Shown: in pieces, positions 1 through 11,219 of the stretch
Layout: each line of letters begins with the position of its first letter
Position numbering within the stretch: the first letter of the stretch is position 1
Source: Hydrogenophaga intermedia
GTDB lineage: Bacteria > Pseudomonadota > Gammaproteobacteria > Burkholderiales > Burkholderiaceae_C
Direction of reading: 5' to 3'
NCBI GenBank assembly: GCA_943372305.1
Contig: CALRYD010000017.1
Coordinates: 11,321 to 75,320 of the forward strand
Length of the DNA stretch: 64,000 nt
The notes under the pieces: generated by a model
Database searches by the model: none
Told to the model about the DNA's origin: nothing
Seen by the model: the letters and a program-made list of their open reading frames with translations, nothing else
Translations under genes and position numbers: made by a program

Positions 1-1084
1 GGAACCTCCGCAGGGCCAGACCGGTGGAGGTCAGGTACGACGGCGCCTCACGGGCCATCTTGCGGGCGTGCACATTGCCCGACATTTCCATACCGTCGAA
101 CGGGTTGATCACCATGCAGGCAAACGAGGTCTGGTGCGTGACCGCCTCGGTCAGGCCGGGCAAGGCGGCACTGCCACCGGCCAGAAGAATGTGGTCGACC
201 CGGTTGTAGGGCGTACTGGTGAAGAAGAATTGCAAAGCCCGCCCCACTTCTTGCGCCATGCTCTCGATGAACGGATCCAGCACCACCGATTTGTAGTCGT
301 CAGGCAGGTCGCCAGACCGCTTCTTGGCCTCGGCCTCGTCGGCCGAAAAGCCGTACTGCCGCACAATCAGTTGGGTCAGCTGGGCACCGCCGAACGCCTG
401 ATCGCGTTCGTAAAGCACGTCGTCGTTGCGGATGACCTGCATGCTGGTCGTCAGCGCGCCGACTTCAAACAGGGCTACCAGGGAGTCCAGCCCTTGATTG
501 GGCAGAGTTTCGATGACGCGGCCGGCGGCCATGCGCGAAGCGTAAGACTCCACGTCCATCACCACCGCCTTGAGACCGGCGGCCTCCGCCAGGCCCTGCC
601 GGTCCGACACCTTTTCCTTGCGGGACGCCGCGATCAGCACCTCGGCATCCCCCACCGATGTCGCGCTGGGGCCGATCACACAGAAGTCGAGGCTCACTTC
701 ATCTAGCGAAAACGGGATGTACTGGTTGGCCTCGGATTCGACCTGGGCTTCGAGCTCTTTGTCGGAAAGGCCCCCGGGCAGGATGATCTTTTTCGTGATC
801 ACCGCCGACGCCGGCAGCGCCAGCGCGACGTTCTTGGTCTTGCTGCCGCTCTTGCGCACGACGCGGCGCACGGCCTCGGCGACCTCATCGAACTTTTCGA
901 TGTTGCCGTCGGTGATCCAGCCCCGCTCCAGGGGCTCGATGGCACAGCGCTCCAGCACCAGATCACCGGCACGGTTGCGTCCGAGTTCCACCAGTTTCAC
1001 GCTGGATGAGCTGACGTCGATGCCCAACAGCGGCGCCGGTTCCCGGCTGAATAACGACCCCAATGAGATCAAGGTGGCCCCCAA
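1..1084 (-). CDS. pilM: type IV pilus assembly ATPase-like protein PilM (3' end outside window)
   Basis: The reverse frame is open to the window edge, so it is absent from the ORF track. My translation reads ...PLLGIDVSSSSVKLVEL...ALFEVGALTTSMQVI...ILLAGGSAALPGLTEAV...INPFDGMEM..LALRRF, the PilM actin-like pattern. It is divergent from mrcA, as in many proteobacteria. The TTG start at 1084 (alternative 1072) is inferred. Confidence 0.85.
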   Translation of the reverse strand, partial: MGATLISLGSLFSREPAPLLGIDVSSSSVKLVELGRNRAGDLVLERCAIEPLERGWITDGNIEKFDEVAEAVRRVVRKSGSKTKNVALALPASAVITKKIILPGGLSDKELEAQVESEANQYIPFSLDEVSLDFCVIGPSATSVGDAEVLIAASRKEKVSDRQGLAEAAGLKAVVMDVESYASRMAAGRVIETLPNQGLDSLVALFEVGALTTSMQVIRNDDVLYERDQAFGGAQLTQLIVRQYGFSADEAEAKKRSGDLPDDYKSVVLDPFIESMAQEVGRALQFFFTSTPYNRVDHILLAGGSAALPGLTEAVTHQTSFACMVINPFDGMEMSGNVHARKMAREAPSYLTSTGLALRRF

Positions 1085-1340
1085 AAATGGTGACGCGGAT
1101 ACGCGCCAGACTTAAGAAATCACTTCAATGCTAGCAGTAAGCCCCTTGTGCAGCAAAGATTTTTTGTCTTTGCAACAAATGGGAACGTTGTCAAAAGCAT
1201 ACGCAAAATCGACGTCTTTCTCTTCGCTGCATCGGTCGCCAACGCCCGAAGTGAACAACATCTCACAATAGGCAGGCCGGCCAAGGCGCCTGTGCAACCA
1301 CCCCGATTTTTATAATCTGCAATTTTCGCTCGCACCACGC

Positions 1341-3776
1341 ATGTCTTCAGACGATCAACCTGCCGCCCGTCCAGCTGAAAGAACCGGCAGTCCGGGCGGT
1401 GGCGCCCTGCAGTGGTTGGCGCGGGCAGTGACCACCCTGGCGGGCCTGATCGTGGCCGGTTTTGTGGCCCTGTTCATGGGCATCGGCATCGCCCTGGCGG
1501 TGGCCTACCCCAACCTGCCCGATGTGGCCGATCTGGCCGACTACCGCCCCAAGCTGCCCCTGCGCGTGTTCACGGCCGACGGTCAGCTGATCGGGGAATT
1601 TGGGGAAGAACGGCGTAACCTGCTGACCATCAACGAGATTCCCGATGTGATGAAGAACGCCGTGCTGGCGATCGAAGACGCGCGGTTCTTCGAACACAGC
1701 GGCGTGGACTACAAGGGCATGATGCGCGCCGCGCTGGCCAACCTGGGCCAGGCCAAAAGTCAGGGCGCTTCCACCATCACCATGCAGGTGGCGCGCAACG
1801 TGTACCTCTCGGCCGACAAAACGTACACCCGCAAGATTTACGAGGTGCTGCTGACCTTCAAACTGGAACACCTGCTGACCAAGGAGCAGATCCTGGAGAT
1901 CTACATGAACCAGATCTTCCTGGGCCAGCGGGCTTACGGTTTCTCGACCGCGGCGCAGACCTACTTTGGCAAGCAACTCAAGGACGTGACGATCGCCGAA
2001 GCCGCCATGCTGGCCGGCCTGCCCAAGGCGCCCTCAGCCTACAACCCGGTCAGCAACCCCAAGCGCGCCCGGGCGCGGCAGCTGCACATCATCGACCGGA
2101 TGCTCGAAAACGGCTTCATCACCGCCGCCGAAGCCGAGGCCGCCAAGACCGAAGAACTGAAGCTGCGGCCGAACAATTCGCAGCAACGGGTGCACGCCGA
2201 GTACGTGGCTGAGATGGTCCGCCAGTCGATGGTGGCGCAGTACGGCGACGAGGCTTACACCCGCGGTCTGAATGTGACCACCAGCCTGCGCGCCAACGAG
2301 CAGCAGGCCGCCTACCGGGCCGTACGCAAAGGCGTGCTGGACTTCGAGCGCCGGCAGATTTACCGCGGCCCTGAACTGTTCATCAACCTGCCGCCCGCCG
2401 GCCCGGCGCGAGACGAAGCGGTGGACGAGGCGCTCAACGAACACCCGGACAGCGATGATCTGCTGTCGGCCGTGGTGCTGGAGGCCACCTCCCGCAGAGT
2501 CGTGGCGGTGCGCCAAGACGGGGAGCCGTTCGAGATCACGGGCGAAGGCCTGCGCCCGGCCACCTCGGGTCTGTCGGACAAGGCCGGACCCAACATCAAG
2601 ATTCGCCCTGGCGCTGTGATCCGTGTGGTCAAGCTGGGCGACAAAAGCTGGCGCATCAGCCAGATGCCCGAAGTCGAGTCGGCCTTCGTGGCGATAGACC
2701 CTCGAAACGGTGCCATCCGGGCGCTGGTCGGCGGGTTCGACTTCCAGACCAGCAAGTTCAACCATGTCACCCAGGCCTGGCGGCAGCCGGGCTCCAGCTT
2801 CAAACCCTTCATTTACTCCGCTGCGCTGGAAAAGGGTGTGACGCCGGTGACGGTGGTCAATGACGCGCCACTCTTCTACAGCGCTGGCGAAACTGGGGGC
2901 AAGCCCTGGGAGCCCAAGAACTACGACGGTCAGTTCGAGGGGCCGATGTCGGTGCGGCGTGCACTGGCGAAGTCCAAGAACATGGTGTCCATTCGCGTGC
3001 TGCAGCTGGTCGGCACCCAGAGCGCGCAGGAGTGGGTCACGCGCTTCGGGTTCGACGCCGACAAGCACCCGCCCTACCTGACCATGGCCTTGGGAGCGGG
3101 CACGGTGACACCGATGCAGATGGCCATGGGTTACGCGGTGTTTGCCAACGGCGGTTACCGCGTCGCGCCGGAGCTCATCACCAAAGTGGCCGAGAGCCGG
3201 GGCAAGGTGCTGTACGAGGCGCCTGCGGTCACGCTGGACGAGTCGCAGCGCGCGATCGACGAGCGTAACGCGTTCCTGATGAGCAGCCTGTTGCAGGAAA
3301 TCACCCGCAGCGGCACCGCGGCACGCGCGCAAGCGGTGCTCAAGCGTCCGGACCTGTACGGCAAGACCGGCACCACCAATGATTCGATGGATGCCTGGTT
3401 TGTGGGCTACCAGCCCACCGTCGCGGCCGCGGCCTGGGTCGGGTACGACACACCGCGCAACCTGGGCAGCCGCGAAACCGGTGGCGGCCTGAGCCTGCCG
3501 ATCTGGATCGATTACATGGCCGAAGCCCTCAAAGGGGTTCCAGTGAACGACTACACCCCGCCAGCGGGCGTGATCAACGTCGGGGGCGAGTGGTACTTTG
3601 AAGAGTACGGCCCTGGGCGCGGCGTGCGCGGCCTGGGTCTGCGCGATCCCTGGCCTGGCGCTGCGGCCAACAATGCAGAACCGGCAGGCGGCGAGGCCAC
3701 AGGAGAAGGCGAGTCGGGCGCGCCTGCGATGGACAACGCCGATCGCCGCAGCATCCTTGATCTCTTCAAGAACTGA
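1341..3776 (+). CDS. mrcA: penicillin-binding protein 1A (bifunctional glycosyltransferase/transpeptidase)
   Basis: 811-aa ORF with glycosyltransferase motifs ([24 protein letters not shown]) and transpeptidase motifs ([15 protein letters not shown]). Confidence 0.96.
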   Translation: MSSDDQPAARPAERTGSPGGGALQWLARAVTTLAGLIVAGFVALFMGIGIALAVAYPNLPDVADLADYRPKLPLRVFTADGQLIGEFGEERRNLLTINEIPDVMKNAVLAIEDARFFEHSGVDYKGMMRAALANLGQAKSQGASTITMQVARNVYLSADKTYTRKIYEVLLTFKLEHLLTKEQILEIYMNQIFLGQRAYGFSTAAQTYFGKQLKDVTIAEAAMLAGLPKAPSAYNPVSNPKRARARQLHIIDRMLENGFITAAEAEAAKTEELKLRPNNSQQRVHAEYVAEMVRQSMVAQYGDEAYTRGLNVTTSLRANEQQAAYRAVRKGVLDFERRQIYRGPELFINLPPAGPARDEAVDEALNEHPDSDDLLSAVVLEATSRRVVAVRQDGEPFEITGEGLRPATSGLSDKAGPNIKIRPGAVIRVVKLGDKSWRISQMPEVESAFVAIDPRNGAIRALVGGFDFQTSKFNHVTQAWRQPGSSFKPFIYSAALEKGVTPVTVVNDAPLFYSAGETGGKPWEPKNYDGQFEGPMSVRRALAKSKNMVSIRVLQLVGTQSAQEWVTRFGFDADKHPPYLTMALGAGTVTPMQMAMGYAVFANGGYRVAPELITKVAESRGKVLYEAPAVTLDESQRAIDERNAFLMSSLLQEITRSGTAARAQAVLKRPDLYGKTGTTNDSMDAWFVGYQPTVAAAAWVGYDTPRNLGSRETGGGLSLPIWIDYMAEALKGVPVNDYTPPAGVINVGGEWYFEEYGPGRGVRGLGLRDPWPGAAANNAEPAGGEATGEGESGAPAMDNADRRSILDLFKN

Positions 3777-4095
3777 AGATCAACGGCTGTCCGGCCTGCT
3801 CGCTGGCGTAGCGGGTGAGGTTGGCAAAAAACTCGCCCTGCCCCTTGGTGTCCACCCAGGCCTGCCCATCGTGCCGGTAGTGAAAACCGCCGGCCCGTGC
3901 AGCGAGCCAGACCTCCTGCAACGGCTTTTGCAGGTTGATGATGATCTGGCTGCGGTTGGCAAACGTTAGCGTGATCATGCCGCCCACGCGCTGGTTGTCG
4001 ATGTCGGCATCGGACTCGTCGTTGATGCGATCGCAAGCGAGTTCCACCGCGCGCAGCAGCGCTTCGGCGCGGTCCAGGTAATCGGTGTCGGTCAT
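3766..4095 (-). CDS. cyaY: frataxin-like iron-sulfur cluster assembly protein CyaY
   Basis: Internal ATG at 4095 gives 109 aa ([14 protein letters not shown]...[16 protein letters not shown]), typical CyaY length and motifs. The 36-aa upstream extension in the ORF track is probably not translated. Confidence 0.85.
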   Translation of the reverse strand: MTDTDYLDRAEALLRAVELACDRINDESDADIDNQRVGGMITLTFANRSQIIINLQKPLQEVWLAARAGGFHYRHDGQAWVDTKGQGEFFANLTRYASEQAGQPLIFSS

Positions 4096-4108
4096 TAGAA
4101 TCGGGCGA

Positions 4109-4336
4109 ATGATGGAAACCCGATCGATTCTAGGCGGCAGCACCGCCAGCGCCTTGGCCACTGCTTGCCGCAGGGGCATTGCCACGCTGTGTGTGGGCTG
4201 CATGCTGCTGGTGGGTTGTGGTCAGAAGGGGCCGCTGTTCCTCCGGCCAGCAACGGCCTCTACAGGCAGCACCGTGCCCAAAGCGGCGGTGGACCCGGCC
4301 GCTGCAGCGCCCGGCCAGTCCAGCCCTGCCCGCTGA
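4109..4336 (+). CDS. lptM: small lipoprotein, LptM (YifL)-like
   Basis: Lipobox followed by the conserved [10 protein letters not shown] motif, then a low-complexity Ala/Pro tail. It is divergent from cyaY, the usual context. Start choice is uncertain (4085-4112). Confidence 0.65.
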   Translation: MMETRSILGGSTASALATACRRGIATLCVGCMLLVGCGQKGPLFLRPATASTGSTVPKAAVDPAAAAPGQSSPAR

Positions 4337-4960
4337 TCACCCCGCCGAGACGCGTGGCGTGGGGCGGTGGCGCGCCCAGCGGCGCCAAGCCCGCCAGCCC
4401 AGCAAGGCACCCAGCAAAGCGGCGTACAACGCCACTTCGGCGAAGTCCTGCTTGCCGGCGCGCATCCAGAAAAAGTGCAACACCGCCAGCACGGCCACCG
4501 CGTACACCATGCGGTGCAGCGCCTGCCAGCGTGCCGCCCCCAGGGTGCGGATGGCACGGTTGAACGACGTGGCCGCCAATGCGAGCAGCAGCAACCAGGC
4601 CAGCGTGCCGACCAGGATGAAGGGGCGCTTGGGCACATCGGCCACGATGTCCGCCCAGTCCAGGCCCATGTCGAACCAGGCGTAGGACAGCCAGTGCAGG
4701 CTGGCATAGAAAAACACGAACAAGCCCGCCATGCGGCGAAAGCGCGCCAGCTGTGGCCAGCCCGCCGTCACGCGCAGCGGTGTGATGAGCAGCACCAACA
4801 CCAGTGCACGCAGCGCCCAGTCACCCAGCGACCGAATCAGCGCTTCGGCCGGGTTGGCGCCCAGCTGGTTGGTGGCGGCAGCCCAGAACAGCCAGACTGC
4901 GGGTGACACGCACAACGCGAAGGCCAGGGGCTTGGCGGCCGGATGGCCCAGCGCGCGCAT
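4337..4960 (-). CDS. msrQ: protein-methionine-sulfoxide reductase heme-binding subunit MsrQ (YedZ)
   Basis: This is the last 207 aa of the 514-aa track ORF ([14 protein letters not shown]...). It is a polytopic membrane protein with conserved His residues, and its ATG at 4960 overlaps the msrP stop (TGATG). Confidence 0.88.
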   Translation of the reverse strand: MRALGHPAAKPLAFALCVSPAVWLFWAAATNQLGANPAEALIRSLGDWALRALVLVLLITPLRVTAGWPQLARFRRMAGLFVFFYASLHWLSYAWFDMGLDWADIVADVPKRPFILVGTLAWLLLLALAATSFNRAIRTLGAARWQALHRMVYAVAVLAVLHFFWMRAGKQDFAEVALYAALLGALLGWRAWRRWARHRPTPRVSAG

Positions 4961-5967
4961 CAATAGAACTTTTTGAGATCCATGCCGGCGTACAACGACC
5001 CGACCTGCGCTTCGTAGCCGTTGAAGCGCTCGGTCTTGCGGCGCTTGGCGAACAGGCCGCCTTCGTCGCCCAGCCGGCGTTCGGTGGCCTGGCTCCAGCG
5101 GGGATGCGGCACATCGGGGTTGACGTTGGAATAGAAGCCATATTCCTGCGGTGCAGCGATGTTCCAGGCGGTCTTGGGCTCTTTCTCGACGAAGCGAATC
5201 TTGACCAGCGACTTGCCGCTCTTGAAACCGTACTTCCAGGGCACCACCAGGCGCACAGGGGCTCCGTTCTGGTTGGGCAACACTTCGCCGTACATGCCGA
5301 AAGCCAGCAGCGTCAGCGGGTGGCGGGCCTCGTCCATGCGCAAACCTTCGACATAGGGCCACAACAACACGCTCGACCGAAGGCCCGGCATGGTTTCGCG
5401 GTCGGCCTGGGTCACGAACTCCACGTACTTCGCACTGCCTTGCGGCTCCACCTGGCGGATCAGTTCGGCCATCGAAAAACCCACCCAGGGAATCACCATG
5501 GACCAGCCTTCCACGCACCTGAGCCGGTAGATGCGCTCTTCCATCGGGGCGAGTTTCAACAGGTCGTCGATGCCGTAGGTGCGTGGCTTGTTCACCAGGC
5601 CTTCGACCGACACGGTCCAGGGTCGCGTCTTGAGCGTGTGGGCATTGGCCGCAGGATCCGACTTGTCGGTGCCGAACTCGTAGAAGTTGTTGTAGGTGCT
5701 GGCGTCTGCGTAGCTGGTGGGCTTTTCCATCGTCTGCGCGCCAGGCACGCCAGAACGCACGGAGGGCAAGGCGGCCAGCCGGTTCGGACGTGCGGTGCCA
5801 GCGGCCTGCGCCAACGCGTCGCGCGATGCCCAGCTGGCCAGCGCGGCCCCGCCCGCCCCCAGTGCGAGGCGCTGCATCCACGCGCGCCGGTCGAGGTAGG
5901 CGCTGTGAGGCGTGATCTCGCTGGCCACGGGGTGCTGGAAGCCGTGGTCGGTGGACCGGATGATCAT
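4960..5967 (-). CDS. msrP: protein-methionine-sulfoxide reductase catalytic subunit MsrP (YedY), Tat-exported molybdoenzyme
   Basis: 335 aa with a twin-arginine signal ([19 protein letters not shown]) and a sulfite-oxidase-family core. Translationally coupled to msrQ. Confidence 0.92.
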   Translation of the reverse strand: MIIRSTDHGFQHPVASEITPHSAYLDRRAWMQRLALGAGGAALASWASRDALAQAAGTARPNRLAALPSVRSGVPGAQTMEKPTSYADASTYNNFYEFGTDKSDPAANAHTLKTRPWTVSVEGLVNKPRTYGIDDLLKLAPMEERIYRLRCVEGWSMVIPWVGFSMAELIRQVEPQGSAKYVEFVTQADRETMPGLRSSVLLWPYVEGLRMDEARHPLTLLAFGMYGEVLPNQNGAPVRLVVPWKYGFKSGKSLVKIRFVEKEPKTAWNIAAPQEYGFYSNVNPDVPHPRWSQATERRLGDEGGLFAKRRKTERFNGYEAQVGSLYAGMDLKKFY

Positions 5968-6040
5968 GGTGCGCTCCTGTTGTTGACTGTCGGTCGTACG
6001 AGGCCGCAGTGTCTTACAAAGTTTCCCCGCACCGGGGGCG

Positions 6041-6072
6041 CCGCAAACAAAACACCCCGCCTAGGCGGGGTG
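6041..6072 (-). terminator. Rho-independent terminator after ccsB
   Basis: Hairpin CACCCCGCC-TAG-GCGGGGTG (6053-6072), followed on the minus strand by TTTTGTTTG. Confidence 0.7.
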
Positions 6073-6095
6073 TCGTGAACGGGCGGTGAAAGCGA

Positions 6096-7460
6096 TCAGA
6101 GCTCGCCGTAGCTGTGCAGACCCGAGAGGAACATGTTCACGCCCAGGAAGGCAAAGGTCGTCACGGCCAGGCCCACCAGGGCCCACCAGGCGGCCACGGT
6201 GCCGCGCAGGCCCTTCATGAGGCGCATGTGCAGCCAGGCGGCGTAGTTCAGCCAGACGATCAGGGCCCAGGTTTCCTTCGGGTCCCAGCTCCAGTAGCCG
6301 CCCCAGGCTTCGGCCGCCCAGAAGGCACCCAGCACAGTGGCGATGGTGAAGAATGCAAAGCCGATGGCGATCGCCTTGTACATCACGTCGTCCAGCACCT
6401 CGTAACTGGGCAACTTGGCGGCGATGCGACCGCGCGCGGCCAGGATGCCGCCAACGATCAGAGCAGACACCCCGAAGTAGATAAACCAGTAGCTGCCGCC
6501 CTTCTCGAGCGCGGACTGACGGAACACGATCGGCTCCAGGCACAGCACGATGCCCAGCAGAAACAGCGGCGCCAGCTTGTACCAGCGGGTTTCAGACGCA
6601 CTCTGCTTGACCAGATAGGCGAACGCCAGCATGGCAGCGATGGCGAAAGTGCCATAGCCGACAAAGTTGGCCGGCACGTGCAGCTTCATCCACCAGCTCT
6701 GCAACGCCGGCACCAGCGGCTGGATCTGATTGGCCTCGCGCACCACCGAATACCAGACCAGGAAGCCCACCGCGGCACTGACCACCAGCATCACGAACGC
6801 CCCCATGGAGCGGGTCTTGTACTGGTCTTCGTAGTACAGATAGAAGGCCGCCGTCATCCAGCAGAACAGCACGAACACCTCGTACAGATTGCTGACCGGA
6901 ATGTGACCGATGCCCGGACCGATCTGGTGGCTTTCGTACCAGCGCACCATGGTGCCCACCAGCGCCAGCGTCACGGCTACCCAGACCAGTCGCGAACCCA
7001 GGCTGTCAAAGGTTGCACCATCGCGGCTGAGCATGCCCACCCAGTAGAACAGCGTGCTCATGAAGAACAGCACGCTCATCCAGAGGATGGCCGATTGGCT
7101 GGACAAGAAATACTTGAGCAGGAAGACCTGGTCGGCGCGCGCCAGGTCGGCCGTGCCGGCCGGCGTCTGGTACAGCGAGATGGCCAGCAGCGACAAGCTG
7201 GTCACCACGACCATCAGCGTGCGCAGTGGACGCCAGAACCAGCCCAGCCAGATCAGCGAGGGGGTGGTGCCGGCGAGAATCCATTTCTCGTACACGTCCA
7301 TGGCGGAGCCATAGCGCATGAAGGCCCATGCGGTACCGGCCAGCAAGAGAGCGGCAAACAGCCAGTCCCACACATTGCGGCGAGCGAAGTAACCGGGTTG
7401 CAGGCTCGCGCCATCCGCCTGTCCGCGTTTGAGTTCGATGGTCTGTGTGGCGGTGTTCAT
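6096..7460 (-). CDS. ccsB: cytochrome c biogenesis protein CcsB/ResC (system II heme handling)
   Basis: 454-aa polytopic protein carrying the WWD heme-handling motif (WGGYWSWDPKETWAL). Confidence 0.92.
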   Translation of the reverse strand: MNTATQTIELKRGQADGASLQPGYFARRNVWDWLFAALLLAGTAWAFMRYGSAMDVYEKWILAGTTPSLIWLGWFWRPLRTLMVVVTSLSLLAISLYQTPAGTADLARADQVFLLKYFLSSQSAILWMSVLFFMSTLFYWVGMLSRDGATFDSLGSRLVWVAVTLALVGTMVRWYESHQIGPGIGHIPVSNLYEVFVLFCWMTAAFYLYYEDQYKTRSMGAFVMLVVSAAVGFLVWYSVVREANQIQPLVPALQSWWMKLHVPANFVGYGTFAIAAMLAFAYLVKQSASETRWYKLAPLFLLGIVLCLEPIVFRQSALEKGGSYWFIYFGVSALIVGGILAARGRIAAKLPSYEVLDDVMYKAIAIGFAFFTIATVLGAFWAAEAWGGYWSWDPKETWALIVWLNYAAWLHMRLMKGLRGTVAAWWALVGLAVTTFAFLGVNMFLSGLHSYGEL

Positions 7461-9586
7461 GGGGTCACCTTCAGCAACTGGGTTTTCAGGGTTTCAAACT
7501 CTTGATCGGCTTCCATCGTCTTGCGGTTGGACGACAGGGCCATGGACGCCTGGGCATGGCCGTCACCGGCCGGCGCCAGCCACACCCACACGCGGCGTTC
7601 GCGCACGTAGAGCATGACAAAAACGCCAACGATCAGCAAGAAGCAGCCCAGATAGACGATGGTCTGGCCGGGCGCGCGCGCGACCTGGAACACGCTGGCC
7701 TGCACGTGCTGGAAATCCTTGAGCTGGAACGTCATGGGCGCGGGGTAATAAAACGAGTCGCTCAGACCCATGACCGCTGCGCGCATGAAGCTCGCCGCTT
7801 TGTCGTCGTTGGGCAGCGGTGGCAGACCGGCCCGTTCTCGGCCCACCTGCAGCAGTTCGAACAGCGTGCCGTTGAGAATCTGCACCAGCACATCGCTGGC
7901 GCGTTCGCGTTCGACTTCGGGCACATTGGTTTCCAGGAAGGCGGCCACCGCCGGCAATCCCCCTTTGATGGGTGGATCACCCGGCTTCGCGGCGATGGTC
8001 TCCGCACCGGCGAACAGACCAAGCGCACGGTTGGCTGACTGCTGCAGGGCCTCGGCCAGTTCAGGCTTGCCCCCTTCCACGGCGTTGACCGCGTACCGGC
8101 GGATGGCCTGCTCGCGTTGCACAGGGTCGATCAGGGCCGAGCGCAGTCGCACGAACTCGTCCAGGCTGTCCTGATCGTCGGCCGGCACGCGCAAGTAGCG
8201 GAACGGCTCGGACGGGGTCTCGCGCATGCCAAAGAGGTACATGCGCGTGCCGTCGATGTCCACCGGCAGCATGTAGTTGTTGTACTCCACCGCTTGGCCT
8301 GCCGCGTCGCGCAGCTTGTAGCTGAAGCTAGGGCCCACGTTGTGCAACTTCTTTTCGGTTTTGGTCTTGTGGCCGGCGCCCAGCTGGCCTTCGATGGAAC
8401 TGCGCAGGTCCACCGCGCGCACGTCGGTCCCACCGGTGCTGGGAGCACCACCCATGTTCTCGACGTTGATCACGCGCAGACCGGTGTACTCCAACGTCAA
8501 TTTCTGGTCGCCATTGGTCAGCGAGGTGGAGCCGCCGACGGTGCCGGAAATCTCGAACGGCTTGGTCGGGCCGTTGATGGGCACGGCCTGGAGGTTCAGA
8601 CGCGAGCCCCCGTCGTCAAAGCTGGACTGGTAGATGTTGATGCCGCGGTGGCTGGCCGGGTGGTTGACCTCGACGCGGGCTTCCTTCTTCTCGCCGGTCT
8701 CGTGGTCGTGGATCACGATGTCGCTGGCGAACAGCCTGGGCATGCCGGTATCGTAGTACTCGACGATGAACTTCTTGAGCTCGACCGAGAACGGCAGGTC
8801 CTGCAACAGCACTCCATCCGACTGGCTCAGGATCGCCGTGCCGGCGGTGGTGCCCTCGGTCACCAGCAGGTTGCCGCGGAACGTGGGGTTCTGCGGCGAG
8901 AGTCGGTGCTCGGGCTTTACGTCGGCGATCAGACCGCCGCCGCTGTAGGACGTCTTGCCGTTGAACCACATCTGTGCGCGCACGATGAGGTCACCATCGA
9001 GCAGGCCACCGATGCACACCAGCACGATGGCGCTGTGCGCTGCCAGGTAGCCCACCTTGTTGGCCGCCCCGGCCTTGGCCGCCACCATCCAGCCCGTGCC
9101 GGCATCGCTCTCGCGCGACTGCAGCTTGACCTTCCAGCCCGCACCCAGCAGCGTCTGACCGATGCGGTGGGCTGCGGCCTCGGGGCCTTCGGCCAGCTGG
9201 CCTTCCGCGCGGTGCGGAAACGCCTTGAGGCTCTGCTCGCGGATGTTTTCCTTGTAGGCCTTGAAGTCGGTCAGGATTTTGGGCGTGTTGCGGGCGATGC
9301 ACAGGCTGGTGCTGGTGACCAGAAAGGCCAGGATCAGCAAAAACCACCAGGCGCTGTAGACGGTGTAGATCTGGGCATTGCCGAACACGTCGGACCAGAA
9401 CGGGCCGAACTGGTTGACGTAGTTGTTCAGCGGCTCGTGCTGCTTGACCACGGTACCGATCACCGAGGCGATGCAGATCACGGTCAGCAGCGCGATGGCG
9501 AACCGCATGGAAGACACCAGCTCCACCAGCTCGCCGAGGATGCGGGAGCCGGATCGAACTTGCAGGCCTTGGGTGGAGACAGTCAT
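7457..9586 (-). CDS. resB: cytochrome c biogenesis protein ResB/Ccs1
   Basis: About 709 aa from the ATG at 9586 (MTVSTQGLQ...MRFAIALL). N-terminal TM segments and a large periplasmic domain. 4-nt overlap with ccsB. Confidence 0.88.
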   Translation of the reverse strand: MTVSTQGLQVRSGSRILGELVELVSSMRFAIALLTVICIASVIGTVVKQHEPLNNYVNQFGPFWSDVFGNAQIYTVYSAWWFLLILAFLVTSTSLCIARNTPKILTDFKAYKENIREQSLKAFPHRAEGQLAEGPEAAAHRIGQTLLGAGWKVKLQSRESDAGTGWMVAAKAGAANKVGYLAAHSAIVLVCIGGLLDGDLIVRAQMWFNGKTSYSGGGLIADVKPEHRLSPQNPTFRGNLLVTEGTTAGTAILSQSDGVLLQDLPFSVELKKFIVEYYDTGMPRLFASDIVIHDHETGEKKEARVEVNHPASHRGINIYQSSFDDGGSRLNLQAVPINGPTKPFEISGTVGGSTSLTNGDQKLTLEYTGLRVINVENMGGAPSTGGTDVRAVDLRSSIEGQLGAGHKTKTEKKLHNVGPSFSYKLRDAAGQAVEYNNYMLPVDIDGTRMYLFGMRETPSEPFRYLRVPADDQDSLDEFVRLRSALIDPVQREQAIRRYAVNAVEGGKPELAEALQQSANRALGLFAGAETIAAKPGDPPIKGGLPAVAAFLETNVPEVERERASDVLVQILNGTLFELLQVGRERAGLPPLPNDDKAASFMRAAVMGLSDSFYYPAPMTFQLKDFQHVQASVFQVARAPGQTIVYLGCFLLIVGVFVMLYVRERRVWVWLAPAGDGHAQASMALSSNRKTMEADQEFETLKTQLLKVTP

Positions 9587-9758
9587 GAATGCGCCGGAAA
9601 AAACAAACAGGGCGGGTCTGGAAGCCAGAACACGCCCTGTTGTGATGCTTGAAAAGCCTGACGGTTCAATGCAAAGCGGTGTCGAAAACCCGCATTGTGG
9701 CGTCAAATATTATTGGCCGCTTATATCCCTGGAAAACCCGGGGACAAAGGCCGTGCGA

Positions 9759-10373
9759 TCAACGAAGACCGGCGATGTAGTCCGCCACGGCCTTGATTTC
9801 GCGGTCGTTCATCTTGGCGGCCACGCCCGTCATCTGGGCGTTGTTGTGGCGAACGCCGTCGCGGAAAGCCTTGAGCTGGGCTTCGGTGTAGCCAGCGTGC
9901 TGGCCGGCCAGTCGGGGATACTGGGCCGGGATGCCGGCGCCGTTGGGGCTGTGGCAACCGGCGCACGCTGCGATCTGGCGGTCAGCGATGCCGCCGCGGT
10001 AGATGCGCTCGCCCAGACGGATGGTGTCCTTGTTCTGCGCGAAGCCGGGGGTCGCTTTCTGGCTGGCCAGCCAGAAGCCAATGTTGCGCATGTCTTCGTC
10101 GGACAAAGCCGCGGCAAAGCCCTTCATGACAGCGTTGTCGCGCTTGCCAGACTTGAACTCCTGCAGCTGCTTGACGAGGTACTCCGGGTGCTGCTGGGCG
10201 AGCTTGGGGTTCTCGGCGATGGTCGAGTTGCCATCGGCAGCGTGGCAGGCGATACAGACCTGGCCATAGACCGCAGCCCCTTTGGCCAGATCGGGTTTGG
10301 CCGCTTGAGCGTGGGTGTTGAACGACAACACAGCGGCGCTGGCCGCGAGAAGCAGAGAGACGGGCAGTTTCAT
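9759..10373 (-). CDS. diheme cytochrome c4
   Basis: Signal peptide MKLPVSLLLAASAAVLS and two CxxCH sites (CIACH, CAGCH), each followed by a distal Met region. Confidence 0.9.
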   Translation of the reverse strand: MKLPVSLLLAASAAVLSFNTHAQAAKPDLAKGAAVYGQVCIACHAADGNSTIAENPKLAQQHPEYLVKQLQEFKSGKRDNAVMKGFAAALSDEDMRNIGFWLASQKATPGFAQNKDTIRLGERIYRGGIADRQIAACAGCHSPNGAGIPAQYPRLAGQHAGYTEAQLKAFRDGVRHNNAQMTGVAAKMNDREIKAVADYIAGLR

Positions 10374-10473
10374 GTCGGGGCGGCGTCGTGGGCGACGCAT
10401 CGGTTTGAAGATGTGTGCGGGTTTCTGAGCTGGAACCGATCGATTTTACAATGCCCCACTGGACCCACCCCAA

Positions 10474-11217
10474 ATGACCCAACACCACAAGCCCGCCTCA
10501 GCCGCCTCCCAACGCCCTTCCCGCCCCTCTGCCGCGGACAACGCCCATGCGCAGGAGCTCAAGCGCCTGCACGGGTGGCTGCACACGGCACGCTTCCTGA
10601 CCACGGCGCCACAACTGGAACACCTGCCCGCGCTGGATGTGCCGGAAATCGCTTTTGTGGGCCGATCCAATGCGGGCAAGTCCACCTCCATCAACACGCT
10701 GACCCAGCAAAAGCGGCTGGCCTTTGCCTCCAAAACACCGGGGCGCACCCAGAGCATCAACCTCTTTTCCCTGGGCAAACAGGGCGAAACCGACGCGGTG
10801 CTGGCCGACCTGCCGGGTTACGGCTACGCCGCCGTGCCACAGGAAGCCAAACTCCGCTGGCAACGGGTGATGGCCAACTACCTGATCACGCGTGAAAACC
10901 TCAAGGGCGTGGTGCTGCTCTGCGACCCGCGTCTGGGGTTGACGGAACTGGACGAGACCTTGCTGGACGTGATCCGCCCCCGGGTGCAGGAAGGCCTGAA
11001 GTTCCTGATTTTGCTGACCAAGGCCGACAAACTCACCCACGCCGAAGCACAGAAGGCCTTGTCCATCGCCCGGCTGCAGTGTGGCGGCGGCGAGGCCCGC
11101 CTGTTCTCGGCCCTGAAAAAGCAGGGGCTGGACGAAGTGGCGCAGCTGCTGTGGCAGTGGACACACGAGGCCCCCGGCACCGCGGCCGAGGCAGCCGAGC
11201 CGGAAGCGCTCGACTGA
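10474..11217 (+). CDS. engB: ribosome biogenesis GTP-binding protein YihA/EngB
   Basis: G1 motif GRSNAGKSTSIN, G3 motif DLPGYG, NKxD-like TKADK. Divergent from cytochrome c4, a common arrangement. Confidence 0.9.
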   Translation: MTQHHKPASAASQRPSRPSAADNAHAQELKRLHGWLHTARFLTTAPQLEHLPALDVPEIAFVGRSNAGKSTSINTLTQQKRLAFASKTPGRTQSINLFSLGKQGETDAVLADLPGYGYAAVPQEAKLRWQRVMANYLITRENLKGVVLLCDPRLGLTELDETLLDVIRPRVQEGLKFLILLTKADKLTHAEAQKALSIARLQCGGGEARLFSALKKQGLDEVAQLLWQWTHEAPGTAAEAAEPEALD

Positions 11218-11219
11218 TT

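Noticed and set aside
4337-5881. 514-aa minus-strand ORF spanning msrQ and most of msrP
   Set aside because: Only its last 207 aa (MsrQ) look like a real protein. The upstream portion overlaps the genuine MsrP frame (4960..5967) out of frame and is Arg/Gly-rich low-complexity sequence.
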